NCBI GenBank assembly: GCA_017382555.1
Contig: JAFOAB010000040.1
Span: 1 to 25,241, forward strand
Direction of reading: 5' to 3'
Length of the DNA: 25,241 nucleotides
From: Clostridia bacterium
Lineage (GTDB): Bacteria > Bacillota > Clostridia > Oscillospirales > CAG-272
The notes under the pieces are model-generated. The model ran no database searches and had not been told where the DNA came from. It saw only the letters and a program-made list of their open reading frames with translations. A program made the translations under genes and the position numbers. Below, in pieces: positions 24,947 through 25,241 of this stretch (within the stretch, counting starts at the first letter, position 1; each line of letters begins with the position of its first letter).

Positions 24947-24993
24947 TAAACTGTATCTTTTTACAGTTTAGCACATAAACATACGAAATACAA
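24947..24993 (-). promoter_or_regulatory. sigma-A promoter with an overlapping palindromic operator
   Basis: TTGTAT (24988-24993)-17bp-TAAACT (24965-24970) with an extended TG; perfect TAAACTGTA-N6-TACAGTTTA (24947-24970) covers the -10 and the predicted start site. Confidence 0.7.
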
Positions 24994-24995
24994 TA

Positions 24996-25074
24996 TTATT
25001 CGCCAAAAAGCCTGTCCTCGTTTACCGGCGCGTTACCAAGCTTCGTATCAACAGCCGCAAGAGCCTCCTCGCGC
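24996..25074 (-). pseudogene. Orphan duplicate of the 3' end of the gene at the right edge
   Basis: 25005-25074 matches 25160-25229 at 67/70 nt. Reads REEALAAVDTKLGNAPVNEDRLFGE* with no plausible start or SD. Confidence 0.8.
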
Positions 25075-25152
25075 TGTCCGCTTTTGTCATTCTTGAAGGA
25101 GCGACAGCGACTGAAGAATCTAAGCGGACAGCACAAAGAATGACAGGCGGCT
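25053..25152. repeat. ~100-bp multi-palindromic intergenic element, copy 2
   Basis: Core TGTCATTCTTGAAGGAGCGACAGCGACTGAAGAATCT; arms GCTGTCCGCTT/AAGCGGACAGC, TGTCATTCTT/AAGAATGACA and AGCCGC/GCGGCT. Confidence 0.75.
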
Positions 25153-25153
25153 T

Positions 25154-25241
25154 TTAATTAAAAAGCTTATCCTCGTTTACCGGCGCGTTACCAAGCTTCG
25201 TATCAAGAGCCGCAAGAGCCTCCTCGCGCGTGTCATACACC
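25154..25241 (-). CDS. 3' end of an unidentified gene entering from the right edge
   Basis: Open frame VYDTREEALAALDTKLGNAPVNEDKLFN* ending at TAA 25154-25156, with codon usage like the core genes; too short to identify. Confidence 0.65.
   Translation of the reverse strand, partial: VYDTREEALAALDTKLGNAPVNEDKLFN

Noticed and set aside
24951-24966. Calling CTGT-N8-ACAG a functional SOS box
   Set aside because: The host appears to be a Firmicute, whose LexA recognises GAAC-N4-GTTC; kept only as an unidentified operator.
25005-25229. Direct repeat with an ~85-bp spacer read as a CRISPR array
   Set aside because: Only two copies, 70 bp long, coding-derived, and no cas genes in the window.

Overview
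Chromosomal window from a spore-forming Firmicute (Clostridia-like, judged from gene content and sigma-A/sigma-E type promoters; taxonomy is inferred). The left arm (minus strand) is housekeeping: infC-rpmI-rplT with an L20-leader-like attenuator and an ATC start codon, then a TrmH-family methyltransferase, dprA and the start of topA. A long plus-strand run follows: lon, engB, site-2 protease, scpA, scpB, DUF2953, ytfJ, a D,D-carboxypeptidase, rluB, a hypothetical, a CLC transporter, an SpoVB-like flippase, topB and asnA. From about 19.65 kb the window looks accessory. It holds a small divergent hypothetical/HTH module between twin hairpins and a minus-strand operon (730-aa orphan membrane protein, EamA transporter, PHP hydrolase, REP-associated tyrosine transposase). 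It also holds one of two related ~100-bp palindromic elements (the other lies earlier, at 18.46 kb) and a duplicated gene 3' end. The main leads are: a RAYT whose own reading frame contains an inverted pair of GTAG-type REPs and which is coupled to the orphan operon; an unannotated ~100-nt promoter-to-terminator RNA between infC and lon; and RNA-structure/sigma-E tricks at spoVB, dacB and topA. No tRNA, rRNA or CRISPR array was seen. All family assignments are from motif recognition by eye, not database searches.
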